From the NCBI GenBank assembly GCA_043750125.1, contig JAYVCD010000422.1, positions 1 to 33,043 on the forward strand: 33,043 bases of DNA. The letters are read 5' to 3'. A program made the position numbers and the translations under genes. A model generated the notes under the pieces. That model saw only the letters and a list, made by a program, of their open reading frames with translations, was not told the DNA's origin and ran no database searches. Below, in pieces: positions 7,338-17,230 of this stretch. The first letter of the stretch is position 1, and every line of letters starts with the position of its first letter. The stretch comes from Archangiaceae bacterium (GTDB taxonomy: Bacteria; Myxococcota; Myxococcia; Myxococcales; Myxococcaceae).

Positions 7338-10031
7338 ATGAAAACCACAGCCCGCCTGACCCTCGAACCCCAGGTCGTTGCGTTCCACCGGGGACGCGCA
7401 AATCAGAAGGCGCTGCTGGGAGGCAAGGGCGCGAACCTCTGTGAAATGATGCGCCTGGGACTTCCGATTCCACCCGGGTTCATCATCACCACCGCCGCCT
7501 GCAACGCGTTCCTGGTGAAGAAGCGCTTGGGTCCCGAAGTGTGGAAGCAAGCGCTGAAGGCTGTCAGCGCCCTCGAGGCCAGTACGGGCAAGAAGCTGGG
7601 AAACCCTTCCAACCCGTTGTTCCTCTCGTGCCGCTCGGGAGCCAAATTCTCGATGCCCGGAATGATGGACACGATCCTCAACCTCGGGATGAACGACGCG
7701 GTGTGCGCGGGTCTGCTCGCCGCAGGCTGGGATGCGCGCTTCGTGCACGACATCTACCGCCGCCTGTTGCAGATGTTTGGGGGAGTGGTGCTGGGAATCG
7801 AGCCGGCCGCATTCGAGAAAGTGCTGGCTCGAGAGCGCGCAGGCTCGCCCCTCGATTCGTCCCTCGGGTCCGAAGCGCTCGAGCGGTGCATCGCCGAGTT
7901 TCATCAACTGATCGCGGCCGGGGGCCGAACCTTTCCTCAAGACCCGCGCGAGCAGCTGAAGCTCGCCACCGAGGCCGTCTTCACCTCGTGGAACGGGAAG
8001 CGCGCCGTCGACTATCGCAACGCCTCGGGAATTCCCCACGACCTGGGAACCGCCGTCACGCTTCAAACGATGGTGTTCGGCAACAAAGGTTCCTGCTCGG
8101 CCACCGGAGTGCTGACCACCCGCAACGTCACCACCGGTCAAGACACCCTCGAAGGGGACTTCTTGATGCACGCCCAGGGCGAGGACGTGGTCTCTGGGAC
8201 CCGCGCCACATTGCCCATGGCCTCGATGGCCCAGCTGCTGCCCGAGCAGTTCGAGCAACTGAAGGCGCACTGCCGACTGCTCGAAAAACATTTCCGTGAC
8301 GTTCAGGACGTCGAGTTCACCGTCGAAGAATCGCAGCTCTGGGTGTTGCAGACCCGCGACGCCAAGCGCACCGCGCGCGCCGCCGTTGTGTTCGCGGTCG
8401 ACTTCGTCAAAGAAAAACGAATCACCCGGCAAGAAGCGGTGCTGCGCGTCAAACCCGAGCACGTCGACTTCTTCCTCCACCCTCAGTTCGAGCCGGTCGC
8501 GCGCGCGGCGGCGGTCGTCCTCGCGACCGGCCTGAACGTCAGCCCCGGCGCCGCGAGTGGTGAAATCGTCTTCGACCCCACCCGCGCTGAAGAACGGGCG
8601 ATCAAAGACAAGAAGGCCGTGATCCTCGTCCGTGCCGAGACGAAGCCGGACGACGTTCACGGGCTGCTTGCGTCCCAGGGGGTCGTCACCTCTCGAGGGG
8701 GTCGCACCAGTCACGCCGCCCTGGTGGCGCGCCAATTCGGCAAGCCCGCGGTGGTGGGCGCCTCGGCGCTGCTGATCGACGAAGAGCAAAGGTGTTTCAC
8801 CGTCAACGGGAAGACGTTTCACGAGGGCGAGATTCTCTCGATCGACGGCACCAGTGGAGAAGTCTTCCTCGGCGCGCTTCCCACCGTGATTCCCCAAATC
8901 ACCGACCCGGCGCTCAAGACGGTGCTCGGCTGGGCCGACGGGTTTCGCAAGCTTCAGGTCTGGGCGAACGCCGATTCGCCCGCCGAGGCTTCGCTGGCAG
9001 TGCAGTTGGGAGCCGAAGGCATCGGGCTGTGTCGCACCGAGCACATGTTCTTCGCCTCGGACCGCCTCCCGGTGATGCAGCGGTTGATCCTCGCCACCGA
9101 CGACCCGGCTCGCACCGCCGCGCTCGAGCAGTTGCTGCCGATGCAGCGGGCAGACTTCGAAGGGCTGTTCCGCGCGATGGAAGGTCGGCCGGTCACGATT
9201 CGCCTGCTCGACCCTCCGCTGCACGAGTTTCTGCCGGCCCACGACGCGCTGCTGCAGGAAGTGACCCAGCTGCAGACCCGAATTCTCTTCGCGGCCCCGG
9301 CGGTCGAACGGCTGGCGCTGCAGCACAAGCTGACCGTGAAGCAAGCGATGCTGGCCGCCGTGGATGCGCTTCGCGAGCAGAACCCGATGCTCGGCCTGCG
9401 CGGAGTTCGCCTCGGCATTCACCTGCCCGCTCTGGTGGTGATGCAAGTGCGCGCGATTTTCGAGGCCGCCTGCGCCTGCAAGCGCGACGGGCTGAAGGTC
9501 GCTCCGAAGGTGATGATCCCCCTCATCGCCCACAAGAACGAGCTGGCCGTCGAACGGTCACTGCTCGAAGCCGAGGCGAAGCGGGTGATGAAAGAGCAGG
9601 GGCTGAAGTTGTCGTACCAGTTCGGAACGATGATCGAAGTCCCGCGCGCCGCGCTCACCGCCGGAGAGCTCGCCGAGCTCGCAGAGTTCTTCTCGTTCGG
9701 AACCAATGACCTGACCCAGACCACCTTCGGCATCTCACGCGACGACGCCGAAACCGGCTTCCTGCTCGAGTACCTGCGGAAAAAAATTCTTCCCGAGAAC
9801 CCCTTCGCCACGCTCGACCAGGCGGGGGTCGGCGAGCTGATGCGACTTGCCGTTCAGAAAGGCCGCGCGACCCGAAAAGACCTCGAAGTCGGAATTTGCG
9901 GCGAACACGGGGGAGACCCGAAGACCATCCACTTCTGTCATCGGCTGGGAATGAACTACGTCAGCTGCTCGCCCTACCGAGTCCCGATCGCCCGCCTCGC
10001 CGCGGCCCACGCTGCGCTGACGAAGGCTTGA
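7338..10031 (+). CDS. ppdK: Pyruvate, phosphate dikinase
   Basis: GGKGANL, RSGAKFSMPGMMDTILNLG, GGRTSHAALVAR (phospho-His), GIGLCRTEHMF, EQNPMLGLRG, FSFGTNDLTQ, GICGEHGGDP, YVSCSPYRVPIARLAAA. Confidence 0.97.
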   Translation: MKTTARLTLEPQVVAFHRGRANQKALLGGKGANLCEMMRLGLPIPPGFIITTAACNAFLVKKRLGPEVWKQALKAVSALEASTGKKLGNPSNPLFLSCRSGAKFSMPGMMDTILNLGMNDAVCAGLLAAGWDARFVHDIYRRLLQMFGGVVLGIEPAAFEKVLARERAGSPLDSSLGSEALERCIAEFHQLIAAGGRTFPQDPREQLKLATEAVFTSWNGKRAVDYRNASGIPHDLGTAVTLQTMVFGNKGSCSATGVLTTRNVTTGQDTLEGDFLMHAQGEDVVSGTRATLPMASMAQLLPEQFEQLKAHCRLLEKHFRDVQDVEFTVEESQLWVLQTRDAKRTARAAVVFAVDFVKEKRITRQEAVLRVKPEHVDFFLHPQFEPVARAAAVVLATGLNVSPGAASGEIVFDPTRAEERAIKDKKAVILVRAETKPDDVHGLLASQGVVTSRGGRTSHAALVARQFGKPAVVGASALLIDEEQRCFTVNGKTFHEGEILSIDGTSGEVFLGALPTVIPQITDPALKTVLGWADGFRKLQVWANADSPAEASLAVQLGAEGIGLCRTEHMFFASDRLPVMQRLILATDDPARTAALEQLLPMQRADFEGLFRAMEGRPVTIRLLDPPLHEFLPAHDALLQEVTQLQTRILFAAPAVERLALQHKLTVKQAMLAAVDALREQNPMLGLRGVRLGIHLPALVVMQVRAIFEAACACKRDGLKVAPKVMIPLIAHKNELAVERSLLEAEAKRVMKEQGLKLSYQFGTMIEVPRAALTAGELAELAEFFSFGTNDLTQTTFGISRDDAETGFLLEYLRKKILPENPFATLDQAGVGELMRLAVQKGRATRKDLEVGICGEHGGDPKTIHFCHRLGMNYVSCSPYRVPIARLAAAHAALTKA

Positions 10032-10059
10032 GGCGAGCCGGTCGGCGCGCGGCCTGGCC

Positions 10060-10450
10060 TCAAAGACGAAGCGGCGAAGCGCGTGCAGCCACCGCGGGCA
10101 CCACCAGTTCGCGTTTCCGAGCAGGCGCATCGCCGACGACCTTCCCCGTCACGACCAGCTCGTAAGTGCCCGCGGGGAGATCGTTGGTCAGGGGCAAAGA
10201 GACCCGGTCGAGGTCGCGGTCTGCCCCTTGAAGACGCCCTTCGCATCGACCCCGGCCATTTTTCGAAGCCGGCGGGCAGGGACGTGCCGATCGCCACCGG
10301 GACTCCGGCAGACAAAGCCTCTTTCACTTTCGCAACGTCGAACGGGGAGATGATCGAGAAACCGCCGATGCGCGCCTTGGCCGCGTCGGTCAGTGGGGGA
10401 TTCTCTGCGCACTGTTTGTCCGAGTAGGGGACCGTGGACAACCAGAGCGT
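10060..10450 (-). pseudogene. Frameshifted remnant resembling a papain-like (C1) peptidase
   Basis: Pieces in three frames: VPYSDKQCAENP..AKARIGGFSII...VKEALSAGVPVAIG..LPAGFEK / KGVFKG / PAGTYELVVTGKV. No start and no catalytic Cys/His region. Confidence 0.45.
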
Positions 10451-10482
10451 CGAGAGCCAGGGTCTGGGCCGAAGCCCGCGCA

Positions 10483-10524
10483 GTGCAGGAGTTGCACCCC
10501 GGACCCCACCCTGCAAATCGGCGC
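10483..10524. promoter_or_regulatory. Tandem putative enhancer sites upstream of the CBS operon
   Basis: GTGCA-GGAGT-TGCAC (10483-10497), plus a TGCA half-site at 10512 offset by 28 bp. Confidence 0.6.
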
Positions 10525-10560
10525 GGCTTCGACCGGCCGCGGCTCCCTGATGCGCACTAC

Positions 10561-10576
10561 TGGCACGTGAGGTGAA
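10561..10576 (+). promoter_or_regulatory. Putative sigma54 promoter for the CBS genes
   Basis: TGGCACG-TGAG-GTGAA: perfect -24 box, variant -12 (GA instead of GC). Confidence 0.55.
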
Positions 10577-10614
10577 GTACCGGTGAAGCAGGGGACGTTT
10601 CTCCTGGGGGCAAA

Positions 10615-11073
10615 ATGAAAGCGATCAACGTGATGACGTTCAAGGTGGCCACGATTGCGGCGGACGCGCAGATCGAGACCGCCCACACCTTGATGCTTCG
10701 ACTCGGAGTCCGCCATTTGCCGGTGATTTCCAACGGCAAGCTGGTGGGGATCCTCTCGGACCGTGACGTGCTGCTGTGCGCTGGAAAAACCGAGGACGGT
10801 TTCGTCTACCCGCCAAGCCTCGTCGCCCAGAGCATGTCGGTGGACTGCGTCACAGCCCAGCTGCACACCCCGATCGCCGACCTGGCCAAGCTGATGCTGG
10901 CTCACAAGATCGACGCCGTGCCAATCGTATTGGGCGACAAAGAGCTGCTCGGGCTGGTCACCTCGACCGACCTGCTGCGCGTCGTAGGCGTCCTGCCGGG
11001 TTGTTTGTCGATGCGCTGTCACCTGCTCGAGACGGGACAATCCGGGGGCCCCGAATGCACGGTGACGCCGTGA
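10615..11073 (+). CDS. Stand-alone CBS-pair protein
   Basis: VRHLPVISNGKLVGILSDRD and IDAVPIV...LLGLVTSTDLL. Confidence 0.9.
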   Translation: MKAINVMTFKVATIAADAQIETAHTLMLRLGVRHLPVISNGKLVGILSDRDVLLCAGKTEDGFVYPPSLVAQSMSVDCVTAQLHTPIADLAKLMLAHKIDAVPIVLGDKELLGLVTSTDLLRVVGVLPGCLSMRCHLLETGQSGGPECTVTP

Positions 11074-11534
11074 CTGTCGCGACGATCATGATCGCCCCGG
11101 TCGCGACCGTTCAAGCCGACCTGCCGCTCTACGACCTGATCTGCCTGCTGGTGGACCTGAACGTCAGCGGTTTTCCGGTGGTGGACGCCCAGGGCCACGC
11201 GATCGGCATGGTCTCGAAGTCCGACTTGATCTGGGAAGATCACGATTGGGCCGAGGCCCGTCAGACAGTGCTGTCCTGGGGAAAAATGGCCGGCCGCAAG
11301 GTGGCCCAGGACATCGAGCTGATCGACGAACGGAACCTCGGCAGCCGAACCGTCGCCGACGTGATGACGTCCGGCTCGCTTTCGGTGCTCCCTACCGACA
11401 GCATCAAGACCGCTTCCCGGCTGATGATCGCCAACCACGTCCATCGCCTGTCGGTGGTCGATGAAAACGCAGTGCTGGTGGGAATCGTGACGACCTTCGA
11501 CATCGCCCGCTGGGTCGCCCAGACCCCACCCTAA
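11070..11534 (+). CDS. Stand-alone CBS-pair protein
   Basis: GTG overlapping the upstream TGA (alternative ATG 11055). VSGFPVVD...IGMVSKSDL and VHRLSVVDE..LVGIVTTFDI. Confidence 0.88.
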   Translation: MTVATIMIAPVATVQADLPLYDLICLLVDLNVSGFPVVDAQGHAIGMVSKSDLIWEDHDWAEARQTVLSWGKMAGRKVAQDIELIDERNLGSRTVADVMTSGSLSVLPTDSIKTASRLMIANHVHRLSVVDENAVLVGIVTTFDIARWVAQTPP

Positions 11535-11570
11535 GCGCTGCGCTTCGTTGTGCTAGAGCCCCCGGGCCCC

Positions 11571-12692
11571 ATGCAAGCCCCCGCCGTGCCCAAGATTCTA
11601 GTCGTCGATGACAACGTCGAGAATCGAGCCCTCGCCAGGGCCACGCTCGACGACGAGGGCTACGAGGTCATTCTCGCGTCCGGAGGTGAGGAAGGGGTTC
11701 GTGCCTTCGAAGCACAGCGGCCCGACTGCGTGCTGCTCGACGTTCGGATGCCGGGCACCGATGGCTTCGCCGTCTGCTCGCAGATCCGCGCCCTGCCCGG
11801 AGGCGATGAGACATCGATTCTGTTCCTCACCGCCCTGCGGGACCTCGACACCTTCGACCAGGCGTTGCGGGCGGGCGGCGATGACTTCCTCACCAAGCCG
11901 GTGCGACCGACCGAGCTGGTTTTACGGGTGCAGGCCGCGCTGAAGGTCCGCCGAATGAGCGGTGAGCTGCGCTCAAACTTCGAGCTCTTGCGCCGGCAGC
12001 GCGATGACTTGATGCGGTTGCAACTTCAGAAGGAACAGCTGACCGCGTTCGTGATTCACGATCTGAAAAACCCCGTCAATGCGATGGACCTCCACGCCCA
12101 GGTCCTGCTCAACGAACGCGACCTCTCGACGCGCGCCCGCGAGTCCGCCCGGCACATTCGAGACGAAGCGCGAACGCTGTTGCGGCTGCTGCTCAACCTG
12201 CTCGACATCAGCAAGAGCGAAGAAGGCCAGCTGGTCGCGCGGTCCCAGAAGCTCGATCTCGAGACGTTGGTCGGCGACGTCTTCGAAGCCTTCGAGCTCA
12301 AGGCGCGAACCAATGGGGTCAGCCTCGCCCGTCAGCTCACCGACCATTCTCTGACCGCCGACCCCGACCTGCTGCGCCGCATCATCGAAAACCTGCTCGA
12401 TAACGCGATTCGCCACGCGCCGCCGGGAACCCGGGTGTGGTTGATCTCGGTCGCCAACGAGAAGTTCTTCGAGCTGCAAGTGGCCGATTCGGGCCCGGGA
12501 ATCGCACCCGAGCTGCGCCAGAGGATCTTCGAGCGCTACGTGCAGCTCGAGGCCGGCGAACGCACGGCGGCCCGAACCGGCCGGGGGCTGGGCCTGGCGT
12601 TCTGCAAGCGGGCGGTCGAAGCCCACGGAGGAACCATCGAGGTCGACAATGCAAACCCGGGCGCCGTTTTCGTGGTGAGACTGCCGCAATGA
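11571..12692 (+). CDS. Hybrid histidine kinase (REC-HisKA-HATPase)
   Basis: [19 protein letters not shown] receiver; HDLKNP H-box; [21 protein letters not shown]. Confidence 0.93.
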   Translation: MQAPAVPKILVVDDNVENRALARATLDDEGYEVILASGGEEGVRAFEAQRPDCVLLDVRMPGTDGFAVCSQIRALPGGDETSILFLTALRDLDTFDQALRAGGDDFLTKPVRPTELVLRVQAALKVRRMSGELRSNFELLRRQRDDLMRLQLQKEQLTAFVIHDLKNPVNAMDLHAQVLLNERDLSTRARESARHIRDEARTLLRLLLNLLDISKSEEGQLVARSQKLDLETLVGDVFEAFELKARTNGVSLARQLTDHSLTADPDLLRRIIENLLDNAIRHAPPGTRVWLISVANEKFFELQVADSGPGIAPELRQRIFERYVQLEAGERTAARTGRGLGLAFCKRAVEAHGGTIEVDNANPGAVFVVRLPQ

Positions 12693-14650
12693 CGGACTTT
12701 GCCGGCCTCGATCACCCGAGCCTCAGTGACGAGATCTTCCGAAAGCTGCTCGACGCTGCTCCCGACGCGGTGGTCGTCGTCGACGAGCGCGGGCGAATCG
12801 TCCTCGTCAATCTTCAGACCGAAGGGCTCTTCGGCTACCCCCGGGCTGAGCTGATTGGAAAGCCGGTCGAAGTCTTGATCCCCGAGCGGTTCCGGCCCGG
12901 CCACGTCGGTCACCGCACCGCGTTCGCCACCGCGCCCAAAGCCCGCCCGATGGGTTCGGGCCTCTCGCTCTTCGGGCGCAAACGCGACGGCTCGGAATTT
13001 CCGATCGAGATCAGCTTGAGCCCACTCACCACCGGGGGGCGCCGCTTGTCCTCGGCGAGCATCCGCGACGTGACCGATCGCAAACAGAGCGAGCTGAAGA
13101 TCCGCCGGGTGCAGGAACATCTGCTCAGCGCGATCGAGAGCATCCCGGGGGCGTTCGCGATCTTCGATGCCCTCGACAAGCTGGTGTTGTGCAACAGCAC
13201 TGTGCGCCAACTGCTCGGAAGAAACCTCGCGGGCGAAATCATCGGGCGGTCTTTCGAAGAGCTGATCGACGTAAACCTCGCGGCGGGTACCTTCGACCTG
13301 CGGGAAGGCACGGCGGCCGAGCTGCGGGACAAGCTCGTGGGCTACCACCGCGCGCCGGTCGGAGCCCTCGAGGTTCGCACCCGCCAGGGCCGCAACCTGC
13401 GGCTGACCGATCGCCGCACCGCCGAAAGCGGCTCGGTGATGACCATCTGGGACGTGACCGACGAAGTGATTCACGAGGAAGAATTGCGCGGAGCCCGAGC
13501 CCTGGCCGAAGCCGCCAACTCGGCCAAGAGCGAGTTTCTCGCCTCGATGAGCCACGAGCTGCGCACCCCGCTGAACGCGATTCTGGGGTTTGCCCAGCTG
13601 CTCCAGCGCGACAAGAAGGCACCCCTTCCCGACCGTCACCGCGAGCGGATCGAGCACGTCCTCAAGGGCGGCGAGCACCTGCTGCGGCTGATCGACGAAG
13701 TGCTCGACCTCTCGCGCATTGAAGCGGGCAGCGTCTCGGTCTCGCCCGAAGAGGTCAACCTGCGCGGGGTGCTGCCCGAAGTGAAGTCGACGCTCGACCC
13801 GATGGCGGCTCGAGGTGAGATCGAATTGATCGTCGCTGAGCTCCCGGCGAATCTTCCCGGGGTACTCGCCGACCGCACCCGGCTGAAGCAGATCTTGATG
13901 AACTACGGCTCGAACGCGATCAAGTACGGCCGGAAGCGAGGCACCGTGACTTTCCGCGCGGTCGCCAAAGACGGCTTCGTCCGGGTGAGCGTGATCGACG
14001 ACGGAATCGGAATCGCCGACGAGAAGCAGGAAAAGATTTTTCAGCCCTTTCAGCGCGCCGGCCAGGAAACCGGGCCGATCGAGGGCACCGGCATCGGCCT
14101 GGCCATCACCCGCCGGCTCGCCGAGCTGATGGGCGGCACCACCGGGTTTTCCAGCATCGAGAACAAGGGCTCCGAGTTCTGGATCGAGCTGCCGATTCAC
14201 CCCGGGACCCCGGAGCTCCCGGTCGTTCCCCTCGCGTCCATTGCGAGCGTGGGCAGCAAGCTCGCGGGCAGCGAAGGCCCCCGATTTTCAATCGTCTACA
14301 TCGAGGACAACCCGTCCAGCATCGCCTTCATGAAAGACCTGCTGGGCGATTTCGAGCGCGTCGATCTCGCCACCGCGCCCACCGCGGAAATCGGAATCGA
14401 GCTCGTCCGGGCCCGGCGCGCCGACGTGGTGATCATGGACATCAACCTTCCGGGGATGAGCGGGTTCGAAGCGACCCGTCGCCTGCGCGAATGGCCCGAG
14501 ACCGCGGCGATTCCCGTCATCGCGCTGAGCGCCGCCGCGATGGTGCGCGACGCGACCCGGGTCGATGACGCTGGCTTCTATCGCTACCTGACCAAGCCAG
14601 TGAAGGTCGACGAGCTGGCCCGGGTGCTCGAAGAGCTGCTCACCCGCTGA
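12689..14650 (+). CDS. Cytoplasmic PAS-PAS hybrid histidine kinase with C-terminal receiver
   Basis: ATG 12689 overlaps the upstream stop (ATGA). PAS ending [16 protein letters not shown], second [32 protein letters not shown], then a receiver (IEDN, IMDINLP, LTKP). Confidence 0.93.
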   Translation: MTDFAGLDHPSLSDEIFRKLLDAAPDAVVVVDERGRIVLVNLQTEGLFGYPRAELIGKPVEVLIPERFRPGHVGHRTAFATAPKARPMGSGLSLFGRKRDGSEFPIEISLSPLTTGGRRLSSASIRDVTDRKQSELKIRRVQEHLLSAIESIPGAFAIFDALDKLVLCNSTVRQLLGRNLAGEIIGRSFEELIDVNLAAGTFDLREGTAAELRDKLVGYHRAPVGALEVRTRQGRNLRLTDRRTAESGSVMTIWDVTDEVIHEEELRGARALAEAANSAKSEFLASMSHELRTPLNAILGFAQLLQRDKKAPLPDRHRERIEHVLKGGEHLLRLIDEVLDLSRIEAGSVSVSPEEVNLRGVLPEVKSTLDPMAARGEIELIVAELPANLPGVLADRTRLKQILMNYGSNAIKYGRKRGTVTFRAVAKDGFVRVSVIDDGIGIADEKQEKIFQPFQRAGQETGPIEGTGIGLAITRRLAELMGGTTGFSSIENKGSEFWIELPIHPGTPELPVVPLASIASVGSKLAGSEGPRFSIVYIEDNPSSIAFMKDLLGDFERVDLATAPTAEIGIELVRARRADVVIMDINLPGMSGFEATRRLREWPETAAIPVIALSAAAMVRDATRVDDAGFYRYLTKPVKVDELARVLEELLTR

Positions 14651-14655
14651 AGGCT

Positions 14656-16035
14656 TTACTCCTCGGGCTTGCCGTCGTTGCCGATGCCGTACTGATTGAG
14701 CCGGTACTGAATCGTGCGCACGCTCACGTCCAACATCTCGGCCGCGCGGGCGGTCGAGCCTTCCGCCGCCTCGAGGGTCTTGATGATCGCAAACCGCTCG
14801 AGCTCGGCCAGCGTCGCTCCGGGAATCGCAATGCCCACCAGGCTCTCGGAAGTCGGCGCCGCGTAGGGCAGGTGGTCGGCGTCGATCAGCCGGTCCTCAC
14901 ACAGCACCACCGCCCGCTCGATTGCGTTCTCGAGCTCGCGCACGTTGCCTGGCCACCGATGGCTGCGCAGCTTGGTCCGGGCCCGGGCGGTGAAGCCTTC
15001 GACCTGCTTGTGATTCTCGAACGCGAAGCGGTTCAAGAAGTGTTCGGCCAGCACCAGCGTGTCACTGCCCCGCAGCCTCAAGGGCGGCATGTCGATGGTG
15101 ATGACATTGAGCCGATAGAACAGGTCCTCGCGAAATCGACCCGCCGCCACGTCGGCCTTCAGGTCGCGGTTGGTCGCCGCGAGGATCCGCACGTCGACCT
15201 TCACCAGCTCGTTTCCACCCACCCGCTCGAAGTTGCGCTCTTGCAGCACCGTCAACAGCTTGATCTGGGTCGAGGGGGAAATTTCGCCGATCTCGTCGAG
15301 GAAGAGCGTGCCTTCATTGGCCTGCTCGAACCGCCCCACCCGCTTGCGTTCGGCGCCGGTGAACGAGCCCTTCTCGTGACCGAACAGCTCGCTCTCGAGC
15401 AGGGTCTCGGCCAGCGAAGCGCAGTGCAGCGCGACGAACGGTTTGTCCGCGCGGTGGCTCAAGTGGTGAATCGCCCGCGCCAGCTCGCCTTTTCCCGTTC
15501 CACTCTGACCGGTGATCAACACCGTCGCTCTCGAGGCGGCGACCTGGCGCGCCAGCCGATAGACCTTCTGCATCGCAGTGCTGGTGCCGAGCAGACCCTT
15601 CAGACCTTCGTCGTGATTCTCGCGCGCCTGGCGACGGAAGTTCTCGTTGTCGAGCCGAAGGGTGCGGGTTTCGATCGCCCGCTCGACCGCCACCAGCAGA
15701 TCTTCGAACTCGACCGGCTTGGTGATGTAGTCCACCGCGCCTGCCCGCATCGCGGCCACTGCCGAACGCACCTCAGAGGCCGAGGTGACCACGATCACCG
15801 GCAACTCGGGGTCCCGCTGCTGCAGCTCTTTGAGCAGCCCCATTCCATTCATCCGCGGCATGTCGAGGTCCGTCACCACCAGGTCCGGGGGCAGCTCGAC
15901 GATGCGTTCCAGCGCCGTCACCCCGTCGACCGCCAGGTCCACTTCGTAGCCGCGGGCACCCAGCAGCTCGGACAGCGCCTTGCGGGTCGCCCCGTCGTCA
16001 TCGACCACCAGAACTCGTACCCCGGGCTGAGCCAT
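14656..16035 (-). CDS. NtrC/AtoC-family sigma54-dependent response regulator (REC-AAA+-Fis HTH)
   Basis: ATG 16035. VLVVDDD / VTDLDMP receiver; GQSGTGKG Walker [44 protein letters not shown]-terminal HTH. Confidence 0.95.
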   Translation of the reverse strand: MAQPGVRVLVVDDDGATRKALSELLGARGYEVDLAVDGVTALERIVELPPDLVVTDLDMPRMNGMGLLKELQQRDPELPVIVVTSASEVRSAVAAMRAGAVDYITKPVEFEDLLVAVERAIETRTLRLDNENFRRQARENHDEGLKGLLGTSTAMQKVYRLARQVAASRATVLITGQSGTGKGELARAIHHLSHRADKPFVALHCASLAETLLESELFGHEKGSFTGAERKRVGRFEQANEGTLFLDEIGEISPSTQIKLLTVLQERNFERVGGNELVKVDVRILAATNRDLKADVAAGRFREDLFYRLNVITIDMPPLRLRGSDTLVLAEHFLNRFAFENHKQVEGFTARARTKLRSHRWPGNVRELENAIERAVVLCEDRLIDADHLPYAAPTSESLVGIAIPGATLAELERFAIIKTLEAAEGSTARAAEMLDVSVRTIQYRLNQYGIGNDGKPEE

Positions 16036-16070
16036 AGGGCCGTTCGTCCCATGCCCGCCCCCCCGCTTGA

Positions 16071-16112
16071 AGAAGAAACTGCACCGAGGGGTCGACCGTG
16101 CAAACCGTGCAT
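16071..16112. promoter_or_regulatory. Tandem putative enhancer sites between the EBP gene and the SQR-like gene
   Basis: GTGCA-AACCG-TGCAT (16098-16112), plus AGAA-GAAAC-TGCAC (16071-16084) offset by 28 bp. Confidence 0.6.
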
Positions 16113-16135
16113 CCGCGTTCCCGGCCTTGAGCCGA

Positions 16136-16151
16136 TGGCACACCCCGTGCT
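16136..16151 (+). promoter_or_regulatory. Putative sigma54 promoter for the SQR-like gene
   Basis: TGGCAC-ACCCC-GTGCT with exact spacing. Confidence 0.72.
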
Positions 16152-16168
16152 CACCGCTCGCCCGTCAG

Positions 16169-17194
16169 ATGAGCAAGAAACGCATCGTCGTTCTGGGATC
16201 GAACTTCGCGGGCTTTACCGCCGCAGTTTCCCTCAAGTCTCAGGTCGGCTCGCTTCACGACGTGACGGTGATCTCGCGCCTGGCTCAATTTGTCTTTCAC
16301 CCCTCGTTGGTCCGGCTTCCCCTCGGAGCCCGAACGGCGCAGCAGGCCCACTTCCCCGTCCACGGCCTGCTCGCCGAGCACGGAATCGCCTTTCGCAATG
16401 AAGCGGCCATTCGACTCGACCTCGAGGGCCGCAAAGTCATCACCGCCACCGCCGAGGAACGCTACGACTTCCTGGTGATCGCCACCGGGGCCCGCCCCAA
16501 TTACGCAGCGGTTCCCGGCCTGGGTCCGCGCGGGTATACCCATTCGATCGTCACTCTTCCCGAAGCCGAGCTCGCCCGCGACGCCTTCGAAGACTTCGTC
16601 CGCGCGCCGGGCCCGGTGGTGATTGGGGACGTGCAAGGCAGCCCCTGTCGCGCGCTGGGGTACGAGTTCCTGTTGAACCTGGCCCTCGCCCTCGACCGAC
16701 GCGGCTTGAGCAAGGCCGTTGCGCTCACCCACCTCACCTCGGGGCCGCCCATCGCGGCGGGCCCCTTCGAGGTCATTGCCCACGCCGCAGTGGCCGAGAT
16801 TGGTCCTGGCCAGATTGCTCTGGCCGACGGGCGGCGTCTTCCATTCGCGTTCTCGATGTTGCTGCCCTCGTTCCTCGGCGTCGACGTGGTGCGGGCGTGC
16901 GAGAAGATCACCGACGCGTCGGGCTTCGTGCGGATCAACGCCTTCCACCAGTCCCTCTCTTTTTCCGAGGTCTTCGCCGCCGGCGACGCCGCTTCAGCCC
17001 AGCCGCTCGAGAGGTCCGGCTACCTCGCAGAACAGTCAGCGCAGGCGGTGGCTCGGAACATCGCGGCCTGTCTTCGCGGTCAACCGATGGAACCCATTCC
17101 CGCTCTTCCCGCGACCGCGGGCGGCTGGCTCGACAGCGAAAGCGAAGCGGCCTGGGCCAAACACGCGTTCGAGCGCTATTTTCCCGCGGCCTGA
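16169..17194 (+). CDS. Sulfide:quinone oxidoreductase-like FAD-dependent oxidoreductase (shortened)
   Basis: KRIVVLGSNFAG, FVFHPSL, YDFLVIATG, GSPC...YEF, VFAAGD and a C-terminal WAKHAFERYF amphipathic helix. Confidence 0.8.
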   Translation: MSKKRIVVLGSNFAGFTAAVSLKSQVGSLHDVTVISRLAQFVFHPSLVRLPLGARTAQQAHFPVHGLLAEHGIAFRNEAAIRLDLEGRKVITATAEERYDFLVIATGARPNYAAVPGLGPRGYTHSIVTLPEAELARDAFEDFVRAPGPVVIGDVQGSPCRALGYEFLLNLALALDRRGLSKAVALTHLTSGPPIAAGPFEVIAHAAVAEIGPGQIALADGRRLPFAFSMLLPSFLGVDVVRACEKITDASGFVRINAFHQSLSFSEVFAAGDAASAQPLERSGYLAEQSAQAVARNIAACLRGQPMEPIPALPATAGGWLDSESEAAWAKHAFERYFPAA

Positions 17195-17202
17195 AGAGGC
17201 AC

Positions 17203-17218
17203 TGGTCGACCGCTTGCA
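17203..17218 (+). promoter_or_regulatory. Putative sigma54 promoter for the cytochrome gene
   Basis: TGGTCG-ACCGC-TTGCA with exact spacing, inside a 36-bp intergenic gap. Confidence 0.55.
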
Positions 17219-17230
17219 TTGCCGGGGTGG

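Noticed and set aside
7212-9533. Long antisense ORFs (also 212..1189, 1962..4034, 12536..14200, 14872..16401, 21129..22652, 30569..31876)
   Set aside because: These are shadow ORFs opposite well-supported genes, expected in high-GC DNA, with no recognisable motifs.
10028-10063. Hairpin after ppdK as an intrinsic terminator
   Set aside because: The stem is imperfect and has no U-tract on the plus strand; too weak to call.
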